This document shows, piece after piece, positions 9,109-19,145 of a stretch of 64,000 nucleotides of DNA (position 1 is the first letter of the stretch; every line of letters starts with the position of its first letter). The notes under the pieces were generated by a model that saw only the letters and a program-made list of their open reading frames with translations, did no database searches and was not told where the DNA came from. A program made the translations under genes and the position numbers. This stretch comes from Acidimicrobiales bacterium (GTDB lineage Bacteria > Actinomycetota > Acidimicrobiia > Acidimicrobiales > RAAP-2), in NCBI GenBank assembly GCA_035947875.1, contig DASZJQ010000109.1:17809-81808 (forward strand). The letters are read 5' to 3'.

Positions 9109-9609
9109 CTACAGGGTGGAGAGGCCCAGCTCCCGACGCATGAAGGCCACTGACTTCTGCTGAATCTCGCGGGCTTGGTGCTCGATGAACCGCTCGACGA
9201 TCGGTCCGGCGCCGAAGATCTTGACCCGGGCCTCGAGGTCGAAGTTCTCAATGGTGTCCTCGCCGTCGGGTGTGAGCGCGATGGAGCCGTTCAGGTGGGT
9301 CTTGTCGCCCATGGTGCCGGGGGTGAGCGTGAAGATGGTGGTGGAGCTGGCCGGGCTGAAGATACTGACCTCGGTGCTGGTGATCTCCTCACCGAAGATC
9401 TTGCGCACCGGTCCCGGCGCGTTGGGTCTCTGCGAGTAGCGGAGGGTCCGGGTCAGGCCCGAGCCCAGGGTGCCCTCCTGGCAGAGGACCTCGGCCGAGA
9501 TCGAGCCCAGGCCCTCGAGGTGCAGCCGCACGACGAAAGCCGGGTCGAAGTACAGGGCCCAGAACGCGTCCGGCGAGCACTCCCAGGTGTAGGAGAGGGA
9601 CAGCTTCAT
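9109..9609 (-). CDS. SRPBCC-fold protein (DUF2505-like)
   Basis: 166 aa. MKLSLSYTWECSPDAFWALYFDPAFV resembles the DUF2505/SRPBCC start. Its ATG overlaps the stop of the upstream gene (ATGA at 9606..9609). Confidence 0.45.
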   Translation of the reverse strand: MKLSLSYTWECSPDAFWALYFDPAFVVRLHLEGLGSISAEVLCQEGTLGSGLTRTLRYSQRPNAPGPVRKIFGEEITSTEVSIFSPASSTTIFTLTPGTMGDKTHLNGSIALTPDGEDTIENFDLEARVKIFGAGPIVERFIEHQAREIQQKSVAFMRRELGLSTL

Positions 9610-10064
9610 GGTCTGAGATCGAAGAGCATGTGGTGGGCCAGGTCGCCCACGAGCTCAATGATGATGTGCACCGAGGTGAAGCGCCATGCACCGTCGGTGC
9701 AGGCATAGGCATTGCGGTAGCGCCCGGCGATCACCGGCTGGAGCGTCAGTGCTCCGGGCACGGCCTGGAGGACGGTGAAGTAGGAGCGGCTGGTGGCGGT
9801 CGACCCGTCGGAGCTGACATCGACCATCACGTTGGTCATGACGTGCTTGGTGCGCGGCGTGCCGTCCTCGTAGCGGCGGGTGGTCCGCTCGTAGAGGGAC
9901 TGAATGGCCTCGGGACTCGAGACGGCGTCGCCGAATCCCTCGAAGGTCAACGTGGCGTCGGAGAAGACCTCGGCCACCCCGGCGAAGTCGCCGGCGTCAA
10001 TGCGCTCGGCGTAGGTGTAGATCAGCTGGGAGATCGCCTCACGAGGGGTCGGCTCCATCGGCAT
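9606..10064 (-). CDS. NTF2-like (SnoaL/ring-hydroxylating beta-subunit-like) protein
   Basis: 152 aa. REAISQLIYTYAERIDAGDFAGVAEVFSDATL is a typical NTF2-fold opening helix pattern. Confidence 0.5.
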   Translation of the reverse strand: MPMEPTPREAISQLIYTYAERIDAGDFAGVAEVFSDATLTFEGFGDAVSSPEAIQSLYERTTRRYEDGTPRTKHVMTNVMVDVSSDGSTATSRSYFTVLQAVPGALTLQPVIAGRYRNAYACTDGAWRFTSVHIIIELVGDLAHHMLFDLRP

Positions 10065-10078
10065 GATTGTGGCACCGA

Positions 10079-11470
10079 TCAGTGCCCGAGCAAATGGTCC
10101 ATGCGGGCGGCCAGGCGGCTGGGGTGGCCCTTGCGGGCTTCGGTGTGATCAGCCAGCTTCATCGTCCACAGGCCGGCGTTGACCCCCAGCCAGCGCAGGG
10201 GCTCGGGTTCCCAGAGCTTTGAGCGGTGGTTGACCCACGGCAGGTGGGTGAGGTCGGTGTCGGCCCCGGTGATCAGGTCGGCCAGGGTCCGCCCGGCCAG
10301 GTTGGTCGTCGAGACGCCGTCTCCCACATAGCCCCCGGCCCAGGCCAGGCCGCTGTCCCGGTCGAAGCCGACCGAGGATTGCCAGTCCCGCGGGATCCCC
10401 AGCGGGCCGCCCCAGGCGTGGGTGACCTGCGCCGAGTCCAGCGCGGGGAAGAGCTCGATGAGGGTCCGGTGCAGCAGGGCGTGGACGGATGCCACGTCGT
10501 CGTAGGCCGGGCGGACGGTGGAGCCGAAGTGGTACGGGGCGCCGCGCCCACCGAAGGCGATCCGGCCATCGAGCGTCCGCTGCCCGTAGATGATCATGTG
10601 CCGGTAGTCGGCGAAGGTGGCCCTGTCCACCAGCCCGGCGGACTCCCAAAAGCCGGGGTCCAGTGGTTCGGTGGCCACCATGAGCGAGTACACCGGCGCC
10701 AGCGTGCGCTTGTACCCGGGCAACGTCGAGGTCCAGGCCTCGACAGCGCGCACCACGACCTCCGCCGAGACGGTGCCGCCCGTGGTGTGGACGACCGGGT
10801 GGCGACCCTCCCGCCCCGCCTCGATGCGGGTCACCTCGGAGTGCTCGTAGAGGGCCACGCCGCGCCGCACCACCGCATCGGCCAGGCCGCGGGCCAGGAG
10901 GGCTGGTTGGATCGCCGCGCAATGTGGGGTGACGGTGGCGCCCATCACGCCGTCGATCCCGACCAGTGACTCGGCCTCGGTGGCGTCGACCCAGCGCAGG
11001 TCCTCCTCGCCGAAGCCGAGACTCCTGGCCTCGTCCACTTCGGCGTCGGCCCGGGCCCGTTGCGCCGGGGAGCGGGCCACCACGATCGTGCCGCCCTTGG
11101 CGAAATGGCAGTCGATGCCTTCGGTCGCGGCCGAAGCGCCGACCACATCGACGGTGTCCTGCATGGCCCGGCGCATGGCGCGCATGGCCGGGACGCCGTA
11201 GGCCCGGGCCAGCGCGGTGTCCGAGGTGGCGAACAGGGCCGAGCACCAGCCGCCGTTACGCCCCGAAGCCCCGAAGCCGGCCACCTCCTTCTCGACGATG
11301 GCGACGCGCAGGGTCGGATCGGCCTGAGTCAGGGCGTGGGCGGTCCACAGCCCGGTGAAACCCGCCCCGACGATGCAGACGTCGACCTGTGTGTCCGAAT
11401 CGAGTGGCGCTCGGTCCGGAAGCGGTTGGGCAATGGCATCCCACCAGAGGGAGAGGTCCTGATAGCGCAC
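10079..11470 (-). CDS. FAD-dependent oxidoreductase (DAO family, gamma-glutamylputrescine oxidase PuuB-like)
   Basis: DVCIVGAGFTGLWTA dinucleotide-binding motif. GTG 11470 is preceded by GGAGGAAGG. The longer ATG 11506 would overlap the upstream aminotransferase by 16 nt. Confidence 0.75.
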   Translation of the reverse strand: MRYQDLSLWWDAIAQPLPDRAPLDSDTQVDVCIVGAGFTGLWTAHALTQADPTLRVAIVEKEVAGFGASGRNGGWCSALFATSDTALARAYGVPAMRAMRRAMQDTVDVVGASAATEGIDCHFAKGGTIVVARSPAQRARADAEVDEARSLGFGEEDLRWVDATEAESLVGIDGVMGATVTPHCAAIQPALLARGLADAVVRRGVALYEHSEVTRIEAGREGRHPVVHTTGGTVSAEVVVRAVEAWTSTLPGYKRTLAPVYSLMVATEPLDPGFWESAGLVDRATFADYRHMIIYGQRTLDGRIAFGGRGAPYHFGSTVRPAYDDVASVHALLHRTLIELFPALDSAQVTHAWGGPLGIPRDWQSSVGFDRDSGLAWAGGYVGDGVSTTNLAGRTLADLITGADTDLTHLPWVNHRSKLWEPEPLRWLGVNAGLWTMKLADHTEARKGHPSRLAARMDHLLGH

Positions 11471-11490
11471 GGGCCCTTCCTCCGGGGGGT

Positions 11491-12870
11491 CTACATCCGG
11501 CGCCACGCCTCGGTCAGTACCTCGCGCAGGGTGGAGACGATGAACTCGATCTCGGCGGGACCGCAGATGAGCGGCGGCGAGAGCTGCACCACCGGGTCAC
11601 CCCGGTCGTCGGCCCGGCAGATGAGCCCGGCCTCGAACAGGGCCCCGGAGAGATAGCCGCGCAGCAACCGCTCGGATTCCTCGTCGTCAAAGGAGAGTCG
11701 GGTCTCCTTGTCCTTGACCAGCTCGATCCCGTAGAAGAAGCCGGCGCCGCGCACGTTGCCGACGATGGGCAGGTCGTAGAGGGACTCCAAGCCACTGCGG
11801 AACGCACCTTCGGTGTCCCGGACGTGCTCAAGGATGTGCTCACCCTCGAACACGTCGAGGTTGGCCAAGGCGACGGCGCAACTCACGGGATGGCCGGCGA
11901 AGGTGAACCCGTGCAGGAAGGACGCGCCCTCGGCCAGGAAGGGCTGGACCAGCCGCTCCGAGGCGATCATGGCGCCGAGGGGGGCGTAGCCCGACGTGAG
12001 TCCCTTGGCCACCGTGATGATGTCGGGTTGGTAGCCGTAACGCTCGGAACCGAACCAATGACCCAGTCGACCGAAGGCGCAGATGACCTCGTCGGAGACC
12101 AGGAGGACTCCGTGGCGGTCGCAGATCTGGCGCACCCGCTCGAAGTATCCGGGCGGTGGCGGGAAGCATCCGCCGGCGTTCTGCACCGGCTCGAGGTAGA
12201 CGGCGGCAATGGTGTCGGCACCCTCGCGGAGGATCGCCCGCTCGATCTCATCGGCCGCCCACTGCCCGAAGGCGACCTCGTCGTCGGCGAACAGCTCGGC
12301 CCGGTAGAAGTTCGTGTTCGGGACCTTGATGGCCCCCGGAACGAGGGGTTCGAACGGGGTCTTGAGATCCGGGAGGCCGGTGATCGACAGCGCCCCCATG
12401 GTGGTGCCGTGGTACGCGATGTCGCGGCTGATGACCTTCGTCCGCTGCGGCTGTCCGGTCATTCGGAAGTACTGGCGGGCCAGCTTCCACGCCGATTCCA
12501 CCGCCTCGGACCCACCCGAGGTGAAGAAGACGCGGTCGAGGTCGCCGGGCGCGTAGGCGGCGAGGCGCTCGGCCAGCTCAATGGCCTTGGGGTGGGCGTA
12601 GGTCCAGAGGGGGAAATAAGCCAGCGTCCCGGCCTGCTTGGCCCCGGCCTCGGCCAGTTCCGTGCGTCCGTGACCAAGCTGCGACGTGAAGAGACCGGCC
12701 AGACCGTCCAGGTACTTCTTTCCGTGCTGGTCCCAGACGTAGGCTCCCTCACCGCGCACGATGACGGGGACCTCGTGGGTCTCGTACGTGGCGAGGCGGC
12801 TGAAATGCATCCAGAGGTGACGGCGGGCCTGGTTGCTCAGTTCGGAATTCTCGGGGTTGGAGTTGCTCAT
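11491..12870 (-). CDS. Class III PLP-dependent aminotransferase (omega/putrescine-GABA-type)
   Basis: Internal ATG 12870 (MSNSNPENSE) with CGGAGGAAC upstream. Blocks FFTSGGSEAVESA, LVSDEVICAFGRLG and ITVAKGLTSGY (PLP lysine). 459 aa. Confidence 0.85.
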   Translation of the reverse strand: MSNSNPENSELSNQARRHLWMHFSRLATYETHEVPVIVRGEGAYVWDQHGKKYLDGLAGLFTSQLGHGRTELAEAGAKQAGTLAYFPLWTYAHPKAIELAERLAAYAPGDLDRVFFTSGGSEAVESAWKLARQYFRMTGQPQRTKVISRDIAYHGTTMGALSITGLPDLKTPFEPLVPGAIKVPNTNFYRAELFADDEVAFGQWAADEIERAILREGADTIAAVYLEPVQNAGGCFPPPPGYFERVRQICDRHGVLLVSDEVICAFGRLGHWFGSERYGYQPDIITVAKGLTSGYAPLGAMIASERLVQPFLAEGASFLHGFTFAGHPVSCAVALANLDVFEGEHILEHVRDTEGAFRSGLESLYDLPIVGNVRGAGFFYGIELVKDKETRLSFDDEESERLLRGYLSGALFEAGLICRADDRGDPVVQLSPPLICGPAEIEFIVSTLREVLTEAWRRM

Positions 12871-12911
12871 GGTTCCTCCGCTCAATGGGGGACGGCGGCC
12901 GGTGCTCCGGC

Positions 12912-13433
12912 CTACCGGGTGCCCCAGCTGTACGTCTGCTTGTTTAGTTTCAGATACAGGAACGTCTCGGTTCGACGGACACCCGGGATGGAGCGCACGG
13001 AATCGTTGAGCACGTGGAGCAGGCGCTCGTCGTTCTCGCACACCACCTCGGCCAGCAGGTCGAACGAACCGGCGCACATGACCACGTAGTCGACCTCGGC
13101 CAGGGCCGTGAGCTTGTCGGCCACCACCCGCACATCACCCTCGACCGAGATGCCGACCATGGCCTGGCGGGTGAAGCCGAGTTGGAGGGGGTTGGTGACG
13201 GCGACGATCTGCATGATGCCCGCATCGCGCAGGCGCTGGACCCGGCGCCGCACGGCCGCTTCGGAGAGGCCGACCTGGCTGGCGATCGCCCCGTACGGCC
13301 GGCGCCCATCCTGCTGCAGCGCTTCGATGATGGCTCGATTGGGCCCGTCGAGAATGGTGGCCGGGGCGGCGCCGGTCTCGTCGTCGCCCAGAGGTTCGGT
13401 CCCCGTCTCCGTCGGCTCGCCCCGGTCGGACAT
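12912..13433 (-). CDS. Lrp/AsnC family transcriptional regulator
   Basis: HTH NRAIIEALQQDGRRPYGAIASQVGLSEAAVRRRVQRL followed by an AsnC/RAM-type C-terminal domain. About 30 aa acidic N-terminal tail. Confidence 0.85.
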   Translation of the reverse strand: MSDRGEPTETGTEPLGDDETGAAPATILDGPNRAIIEALQQDGRRPYGAIASQVGLSEAAVRRRVQRLRDAGIMQIVAVTNPLQLGFTRQAMVGISVEGDVRVVADKLTALAEVDYVVMCAGSFDLLAEVVCENDERLLHVLNDSVRSIPGVRRTETFLYLKLNKQTYSWGTR

Positions 13434-13499
13434 GCCCCTCCTCGCCTCTCCTCATTCTCAATGTGCCGGGTTCTTCTGGATCGAGATTCCCGGGTGGTG

Positions 13500-13542
13500 C
13501 CGAATTATGTCACTGTTCTGCCTCCATTGAAACAGAATTCGG
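13500..13542. promoter_or_regulatory. Imperfect inverted repeat in the Lrp / aldehyde-dehydrogenase divergent region (candidate Lrp operator)
   Basis: CCGAATTATGT (13500..13510) and ACAGAATTCGG (13532..13542) are 10/11 complementary. They sit in the relatively AT-rich 201-bp gap between divergent genes. Confidence 0.3.
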
Positions 13543-13634
13543 CGTTTCAGGGGGCAATTGTTGCGGTATCGCTTGTGAAGCCCGGTTTAGTGTGATTCTC
13601 TAGCGGGGGATCGACCGGTAAGGGTGGGAGCGAC

Positions 13635-15062
13635 GTGCGCAGGTTGCAGAACTTCGTCGGAGGACAGTACCAAGACGCGTCAGATGGATCGCAGGCCCTC
13701 CTGGTCGATCCCAGCACCGGGGAGGGGTTCGCCGAGGCCCCTGTCTCCGGCGCCGCCGACATGGACCGGGCGCTGGCCGTCGCGGCCGAGGCGTTCGGCT
13801 CGTGGAAGCGGACCACTCCGTCGGAACGGAGCTTGGCTCTGATCCGCATCGCCGACGCCTTCGAGTCTCGAGCCGAGGACCTGGTCCGGGCGGAGTGTCA
13901 GAACACCGGCAAGCCGTACCGCTTGACCATGGACGAAGAGATCCCTCCGATGGTGGACCAGATCCGCTTCTTCGCCGGCGCCGCTCGCCACCTCCAAGGC
14001 GTGGCAGCCTCCGAGTACATGGCGGGGCACACGTCCTTCGTCCGGCGCGAGCCGGTCGGCGTGTGTGGCGCCGTCACGCCCTGGAACTACCCCATGATGA
14101 TGGCCGTCTGGAAGTTCGCGCCGGCCTTGGCCGCCGGCAACACCATGGTGCTGAAGCCCTCGGACACCACGCCCGTGTCGACGCTGCTGATGGCCGAGAT
14201 CATGGCCGAGCACCTTCCACCGGGTGTGTTCAATGTGGTGTGCGGTGACCGGGACACCGGCCGGGCCCTGGTGGCGCACGCCACGCCGGCCATGGTGTCC
14301 GTGACCGGATCGGTCCGGGCCGGCATGGAGGTGGCGGCGGGGGCGGCACCAACACTCAAGCGGGTGCACCTGGAACTGGGGGGCAAGGCACCGGTCATCG
14401 TGTTCAACGACGCTGACGTGGGGGCGGCGGCGGAAGGCATCGCCGGGGCCGGCTACTTCAACGCGGGCCAGGACTGCACCGCCGCGACCCGGGTGTTGGC
14501 CGGGCCCGGTGTGCACGACGACTTTTTGTCGGCGCTGGTCGAGCAGGCCGAAGGAACCACGGTGGGCGGACTCGAGAATGCCGAGGCCGACTACGGACCC
14601 TTGAATAGTGAGGCCCAGCTCGAACGCGTGCGAGGGTTCGTCGAGCGGGCGCCCGGGCACGCCCGCGTCCTGACCGGCGGGACGCCGGTGGGCGAGCGGG
14701 GATTCTGCTTCGCGCCGACCGTCGTGGGCGGCTTGCGCCAGGACGACGAATTGGTGCAGTCCGAGGTGTTCGGCCCGGTGATCACGGTCCAGCAATTCAG
14801 TGACGAGGCGGAGGCTTTGGCCTGGGCCAACGGAGTGGAATACGGCTTGGCCTCGTCGGTGTGGACACGGGACCACGGCCGGGCCATGAGGATGGCGCGC
14901 GACCTCGATTTCGGGTGTGTGTGGATCAATACCCACATCCCCCTGGTGGCCGAAATGCCGCACGGTGGGTTCAAGCACTCGGGGTACGGCAAGGATCTCT
15001 CCACCTACGGATTCGAGGACTACACCCGGATCAAGCACGTCATGAGCAACATTGAGGAATAG
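13635..15062 (+). CDS. NAD-dependent aldehyde dehydrogenase (aminobutyraldehyde dehydrogenase-like)
   Basis: 475 aa. VTPWNYP, catalytic Glu block ELGGKAP, catalytic Cys block [12 protein letters not shown] start. Confidence 0.85.
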   Translation: MRRLQNFVGGQYQDASDGSQALLVDPSTGEGFAEAPVSGAADMDRALAVAAEAFGSWKRTTPSERSLALIRIADAFESRAEDLVRAECQNTGKPYRLTMDEEIPPMVDQIRFFAGAARHLQGVAASEYMAGHTSFVRREPVGVCGAVTPWNYPMMMAVWKFAPALAAGNTMVLKPSDTTPVSTLLMAEIMAEHLPPGVFNVVCGDRDTGRALVAHATPAMVSVTGSVRAGMEVAAGAAPTLKRVHLELGGKAPVIVFNDADVGAAAEGIAGAGYFNAGQDCTAATRVLAGPGVHDDFLSALVEQAEGTTVGGLENAEADYGPLNSEAQLERVRGFVERAPGHARVLTGGTPVGERGFCFAPTVVGGLRQDDELVQSEVFGPVITVQQFSDEAEALAWANGVEYGLASSVWTRDHGRAMRMARDLDFGCVWINTHIPLVAEMPHGGFKHSGYGKDLSTYGFEDYTRIKHVMSNIEE

Positions 15063-15080
15063 ATAGACAGCCGTGAGCCA

Positions 15081-16205
15081 ATGATCGTCGGCATACCCAA
15101 GGAATTGAAAGACGACGAGTACCGGGTCGCCATGACCCCGGCCGGCGTGCGCGAGCTGGTCTCGGCCGGGCACACCGTCTACGTCGAACAGGACGCTGGC
15201 GCGGGCTCGTCCATGTACGACGACGAATTCATCAAAACAGGGGCGCAGATCATCGACTCGGCCGACGACATCTGGGCCGCCGCCGACCTGGTGTGCAAGG
15301 TCAAGGAGCCAATCGAGCCGGAATTCCATCGGCTCGGGGCGCGATCGGGCCAGGTGCTCTTCACGTACCTGCACTTGGCGGCTTCACGCCCCACCACCGA
15401 CGCCCTGCTGGCCGGGGGCAACGTGGCCATCGCCTATGAGACGGTGCGCCAGAGCGACAATTCCCTTCCTTTGCTCGCTCCCATGAGCGAAGTGGCCGGG
15501 CGCATGGCGCCCCTGATGGGGACCCACCATCTGATGCGGCCGGGCGGAGGCCGAGGTGTCTTGGTCTGCGGCGTGCCCGGCGTGCGCTGCGCCAAAGTGG
15601 TCATCCTGGGCGCCGGCGTGTCCGGCATGGCCGCGGCCACCATGGCCGTGGGGATGCACTCCGACGTCTACGTGCTCGATCGAAATCTGGAAAAACTGCG
15701 CCAGGTCGACCATCACTTTCGGGGGGCACTCGAGACCCTCGCCTCGTCCCAACACGCGATTGAGGAGGTCTGCCTGGACGCCGACATCGTCATCGGCGCT
15801 GTGCTGGTGGTCGGGGCACGGGCACCGCGCCTGGTCTCCGACGCGCTGGTGGCGCAGATGCGGTCGGGTTCGGTGCTGGTCGACATCTCGGTCGACCAGG
15901 GCGGATGCTTCGAGTCGACCCGGCCGACCACCCACTCGAACCCCACCTTCGACGTGGAAGGGTCGGTCTTCTACTGCGTGGCCAACATGCCCGGCGCGGT
16001 GCCGCACACCTCCACCCACGCCCTGGCCAACGCCACGCTGCCGTACACGTTGAGCATTGCCGCCAACGGGTGGAAGGCCGCGGCGCGGGCCGACCACGCG
16101 CTGGCCGAAGGGGTCAACGTGGTGGCCGGCGACGTGGTCTATGCGCCCGTGGCCGAAGCTCACGGATTGGCGTTCACGCCGCTGGCGGACCTGCTCGAGG
16201 AATAG
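15081..16205 (+). CDS. ald: Alanine dehydrogenase
   Basis: 374 aa. [24 protein letters not shown]-terminus, [16 protein letters not shown] motif, and [11 protein letters not shown] block typical of Ald. Confidence 0.9.
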   Translation: MIVGIPKELKDDEYRVAMTPAGVRELVSAGHTVYVEQDAGAGSSMYDDEFIKTGAQIIDSADDIWAAADLVCKVKEPIEPEFHRLGARSGQVLFTYLHLAASRPTTDALLAGGNVAIAYETVRQSDNSLPLLAPMSEVAGRMAPLMGTHHLMRPGGGRGVLVCGVPGVRCAKVVILGAGVSGMAAATMAVGMHSDVYVLDRNLEKLRQVDHHFRGALETLASSQHAIEEVCLDADIVIGAVLVVGARAPRLVSDALVAQMRSGSVLVDISVDQGGCFESTRPTTHSNPTFDVEGSVFYCVANMPGAVPHTSTHALANATLPYTLSIAANGWKAAARADHALAEGVNVVAGDVVYAPVAEAHGLAFTPLADLLEE

Positions 16206-16404
16206 CGTGAGAGGGGACATCCGGCCGAGATCTTGGGTGAAATGTCGTTTTGATTCGGTGCGTGCCGGGTAATTCGATGGGTGCCGAGCCAACCATCGTT
16301 GAGTACGAGAGATCGGAGGACGTCTGCCTGCACCTGGAGGGTTTGCCGTCCGCACCAGGTTGTGCCGGTCCGCAATCTTGACCGGCCTGCCTCGTTCTCG
16401 GGTC

Positions 16405-17355
16405 ATGCGGTCTCCATGCAGGCGTATCCGTACCCTGCTCGCAGCCGCGTGCGCTGTCCTCACGCTCGTGGTGACCGGGTCCTTGGCCGGGATCGGAGCG
16501 GCCAGCGCGGGCGCCGCGCCCGCGCCCGACCTGCCCCAGGGCACCATCTTCACCGGCTTCGCCACCGAACTCTCCGACCCGGGTGGATTTCCTCCCGGCA
16601 TGAATGTGCCCTGCACGCCCACCGGCGCGCACCCCTTCCCGGTGGTGCTGGTGGCCGGCACGGGCGCCAACGAGAACGTGTCCTGGCAGGCCCTGTCTCC
16701 GGCCCTGGCCGACGAGGGCTACTGCGTCTACGGCTTCAACTACGGCGCCACGTCCATCTCCGGCGGCCGCTTCTACGGCCTGGGTGACATTCCGACGTCG
16801 GCGCACACGCTGGCCGCGTTCGTCAGTGGCGTCTTGTCAACCACGCATGCCACGAAGGTCGACATCGTCGGCCATTCACAGGGCGGCATGATGCCCCGGT
16901 ACTACATGAGATTCCTCGGCGGTGCGGCCAAGGTCAACATGCTGGTCGGGCTGGCTCCCTCCAACCATGGCACCACGCTCGACGGCCTCACTGCGCTCAC
17001 GTCGCTCTTCGGTCCCAACCTCACCACCGGAGGTGCCTGTGATGCCTGTACCCAGCAGGAGGCCGGCTCCGCCTTTCTCTCCTCACTCAATGCCGGAGGA
17101 GACACGCAAGCCGGCCCTCGCTACGTGGTGATCGAGTCGGTGTACGACGAGGTGGTCACCCCGTACACTTCGGCCTTCCTCAGCGGTCCGAAGGTACAGA
17201 ACATCTTGTTGCAGACCCAGTGCGCCATGGACTTCAGCGAGCATCTGGGGATCCTGTACGACCCGATCGCTCAACAAGACGTACTCAACGCCCTCGGAAC
17301 GGACGACCCCTTCTTCGTCCCGGCGTGCTCGTTCGTGCCTCCGGGCGTCGGGTAG
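16405..17355 (+). CDS. Secreted alpha/beta-hydrolase lipase/esterase
   Basis: Signal-peptide-like N-terminus (MRSPCRRIRTLLAAACAVLTLVVTGSLAGIGAASAGA). Nucleophile elbow GHSQGG. Cys pair GGACDAC. ATG 16405 chosen inside ORF 16360... Confidence 0.7.
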   Translation: MRSPCRRIRTLLAAACAVLTLVVTGSLAGIGAASAGAAPAPDLPQGTIFTGFATELSDPGGFPPGMNVPCTPTGAHPFPVVLVAGTGANENVSWQALSPALADEGYCVYGFNYGATSISGGRFYGLGDIPTSAHTLAAFVSGVLSTTHATKVDIVGHSQGGMMPRYYMRFLGGAAKVNMLVGLAPSNHGTTLDGLTALTSLFGPNLTTGGACDACTQQEAGSAFLSSLNAGGDTQAGPRYVVIESVYDEVVTPYTSAFLSGPKVQNILLQTQCAMDFSEHLGILYDPIAQQDVLNALGTDDPFFVPACSFVPPGVG

Positions 17356-17531
17356 GCCACCCGGCGCCGCACCCCGCACGGAGACGAAGACCTCTCCGCC
17401 TCACCCTGGGGCCCTTCACGAAGCAAGCGGCCAGCGGCGTGAGGGAGCAAACTGCAGTGGTGACCGATCTGCCCGATTCGTCCGACCCGGAACCCCGCGC
17501 CCCCGCATCCCGTCGGGGCGACACGGGCGAC

Positions 17532-18770
17532 ATGGACGTCCGGGTGGCTGACGCCGAACGAGATCGGGCGGTAACCCAGCTCCGGGAGCACGCGGTGGAG
17601 GGCCGGCTCACCCTCGACGAGTTCACCCAGCGCGTCGGCCTGGCCCTCCAGGCCCGCACCCAGGGAGACTTGCACACCGCCATGGCCGATCTGCCCGAGG
17701 TGGCGGTACCCCAGGAAGTCTCGACCCGGCGTCCGCCCCGCCGGTCGTTCGTGGCCGTCATGAGTGGCTCGCGGGCCAAGGGACGCTGGCGGGTCGGCGC
17801 GCGCACCACGGCGGTGGCCGTCATGGGTGGGTGCGAGATGGATCTGCGCCAGGCCGAGATCGAGGGACCCGAGGTCGTGATCACGGCGGTGGCCTTCTGG
17901 GGAGGGGTCCACGTCATTGTCCCCGAAGGGATCGATGTCCAGCTCGAAGGGTTCTCTTTCATGGGCGGACGAAACCTGAGGGTACGCGATGTGCCCATCG
18001 TCCCCGGTTCGCCGAGGATCAGAGTCCGCGGCTACGCGGTCATGGGTGGCATTAACATCCGGAGCCGGTCGAGCCGCTCGGGTCGGGAGATCGCGCGGGC
18101 GGCCGCGCAAGGCGTGCTCGGACCTGAAGCCGTTCCGCCCAGCCTGGCCGGCGCCTCCTCGGACCCCATCGATCTTGCTGCTCTCGGGCGCGATATTCGC
18201 CGACAGATCCGGGGTCAAGGGGCTCCCGCTCCCGCCCCTCCGTATTCGCCGCCGTCGGGCGAGGAGACGGTCACCATCGTCTTCAGTGACATGGTCAACT
18301 ACGCGGGCATGACCGAGGCGATGGGCGATCGGGTCTCCCGTGAGATGTTGCAGGAGCACCACCGGATCGTGCGCGACCAGGTGCAGCGGCACGGCGGCCG
18401 GGAGGTGAAGGTGCAGGGCGACGGTTTCATGATGGCCTTCGGCGGCGTGGCACGGGCGTTGCGGTGCGCGGCCGAGATGCAACGTGCTTTCCACGACTAT
18501 TCGTTATTCCACCCGGAACGCCCCATTGAGGTCCACATTGGCGTGCACACCGGGGAGGCCCTCGAGGAAGACGATGACTTCTTGGGACACACGGTCATTG
18601 TGGCGAGCCGCCTGGCGGACGTGGCCGAGCCGGGAGAGATCGTGGTGTCGTCACTGTCCGAACAACTGGTGGTCCGGTCGGGTGAGTTCCGCTTCGGCCA
18701 CCATCGTGAGGTGTCCCTCAAAGGCCTGACCACTCCCCAGCAGGCGGCCTCGCTGGTGTGGGGTGACTGA
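17532..18770 (+). CDS. DUF1707 + LiaF-C-like + class III adenylate/guanylate cyclase domain protein
   Basis: N-terminus MDVRVADAERDRAVTQLREHAVEGRLTLDEFTQRV (DUF1707). Middle beta-rich region AVMGGCEMDLRQAEI...VIVPEGIDV. C-terminal cyclase blocks VTIVFSDMVNYAG, VKVQGDGFMMAF, HIGVHTGEA and GHTVIVASRL. Alternative GTG starts at 17457/17460. Confidence 0.75.
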   Translation: MDVRVADAERDRAVTQLREHAVEGRLTLDEFTQRVGLALQARTQGDLHTAMADLPEVAVPQEVSTRRPPRRSFVAVMSGSRAKGRWRVGARTTAVAVMGGCEMDLRQAEIEGPEVVITAVAFWGGVHVIVPEGIDVQLEGFSFMGGRNLRVRDVPIVPGSPRIRVRGYAVMGGINIRSRSSRSGREIARAAAQGVLGPEAVPPSLAGASSDPIDLAALGRDIRRQIRGQGAPAPAPPYSPPSGEETVTIVFSDMVNYAGMTEAMGDRVSREMLQEHHRIVRDQVQRHGGREVKVQGDGFMMAFGGVARALRCAAEMQRAFHDYSLFHPERPIEVHIGVHTGEALEEDDDFLGHTVIVASRLADVAEPGEIVVSSLSEQLVVRSGEFRFGHHREVSLKGLTTPQQAASLVWGD

Positions 18771-19075
18771 GTACGCCCGAGACGTGCGGCTCCGAATGAA
18801 TCGGGAGGCCGCGTAGAGACGAGTTCCAACGTGAGGTCGGGGAAGGTCCGACCCACCTGCACCAGATGGAGCGCTAGTCGATCACCTCCCGCCGGCGACA
18901 GCGTTCTCGACTTTTGTCGAATCGCGATGACTCAGGGCCCTGTTCGGTGTAGCCTGTTGGCATGTTCCGCTGAGTCCCGCCATTGAAGAGGTCCCGCGCC
19001 GCCGGCGCGGTGCGGCCTCTGGCGATGCACTCCGGTCCTCCAAGCATCCGCAACACCCCCCTTCACGCTGCCCGC

Positions 19076-19105
19076 GGTTCTTCGCCCGGCCGGCCCCGAA
19101 GAACC
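19076..19105 (+). other. Strong hairpin 40 nt upstream of the MFS transporter start (candidate attenuator/terminator)
   Basis: GGTTCTTCG (19076..19084) pairs with CGAAGAACC (19097..19105) around the 12-nt GC loop cccggccggccc, followed by GAATTCGATA. Confidence 0.3.
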
Positions 19106-19145
19106 GAATTCGATACCTGCCGCACCCGCACCTGAAACGACCGCG

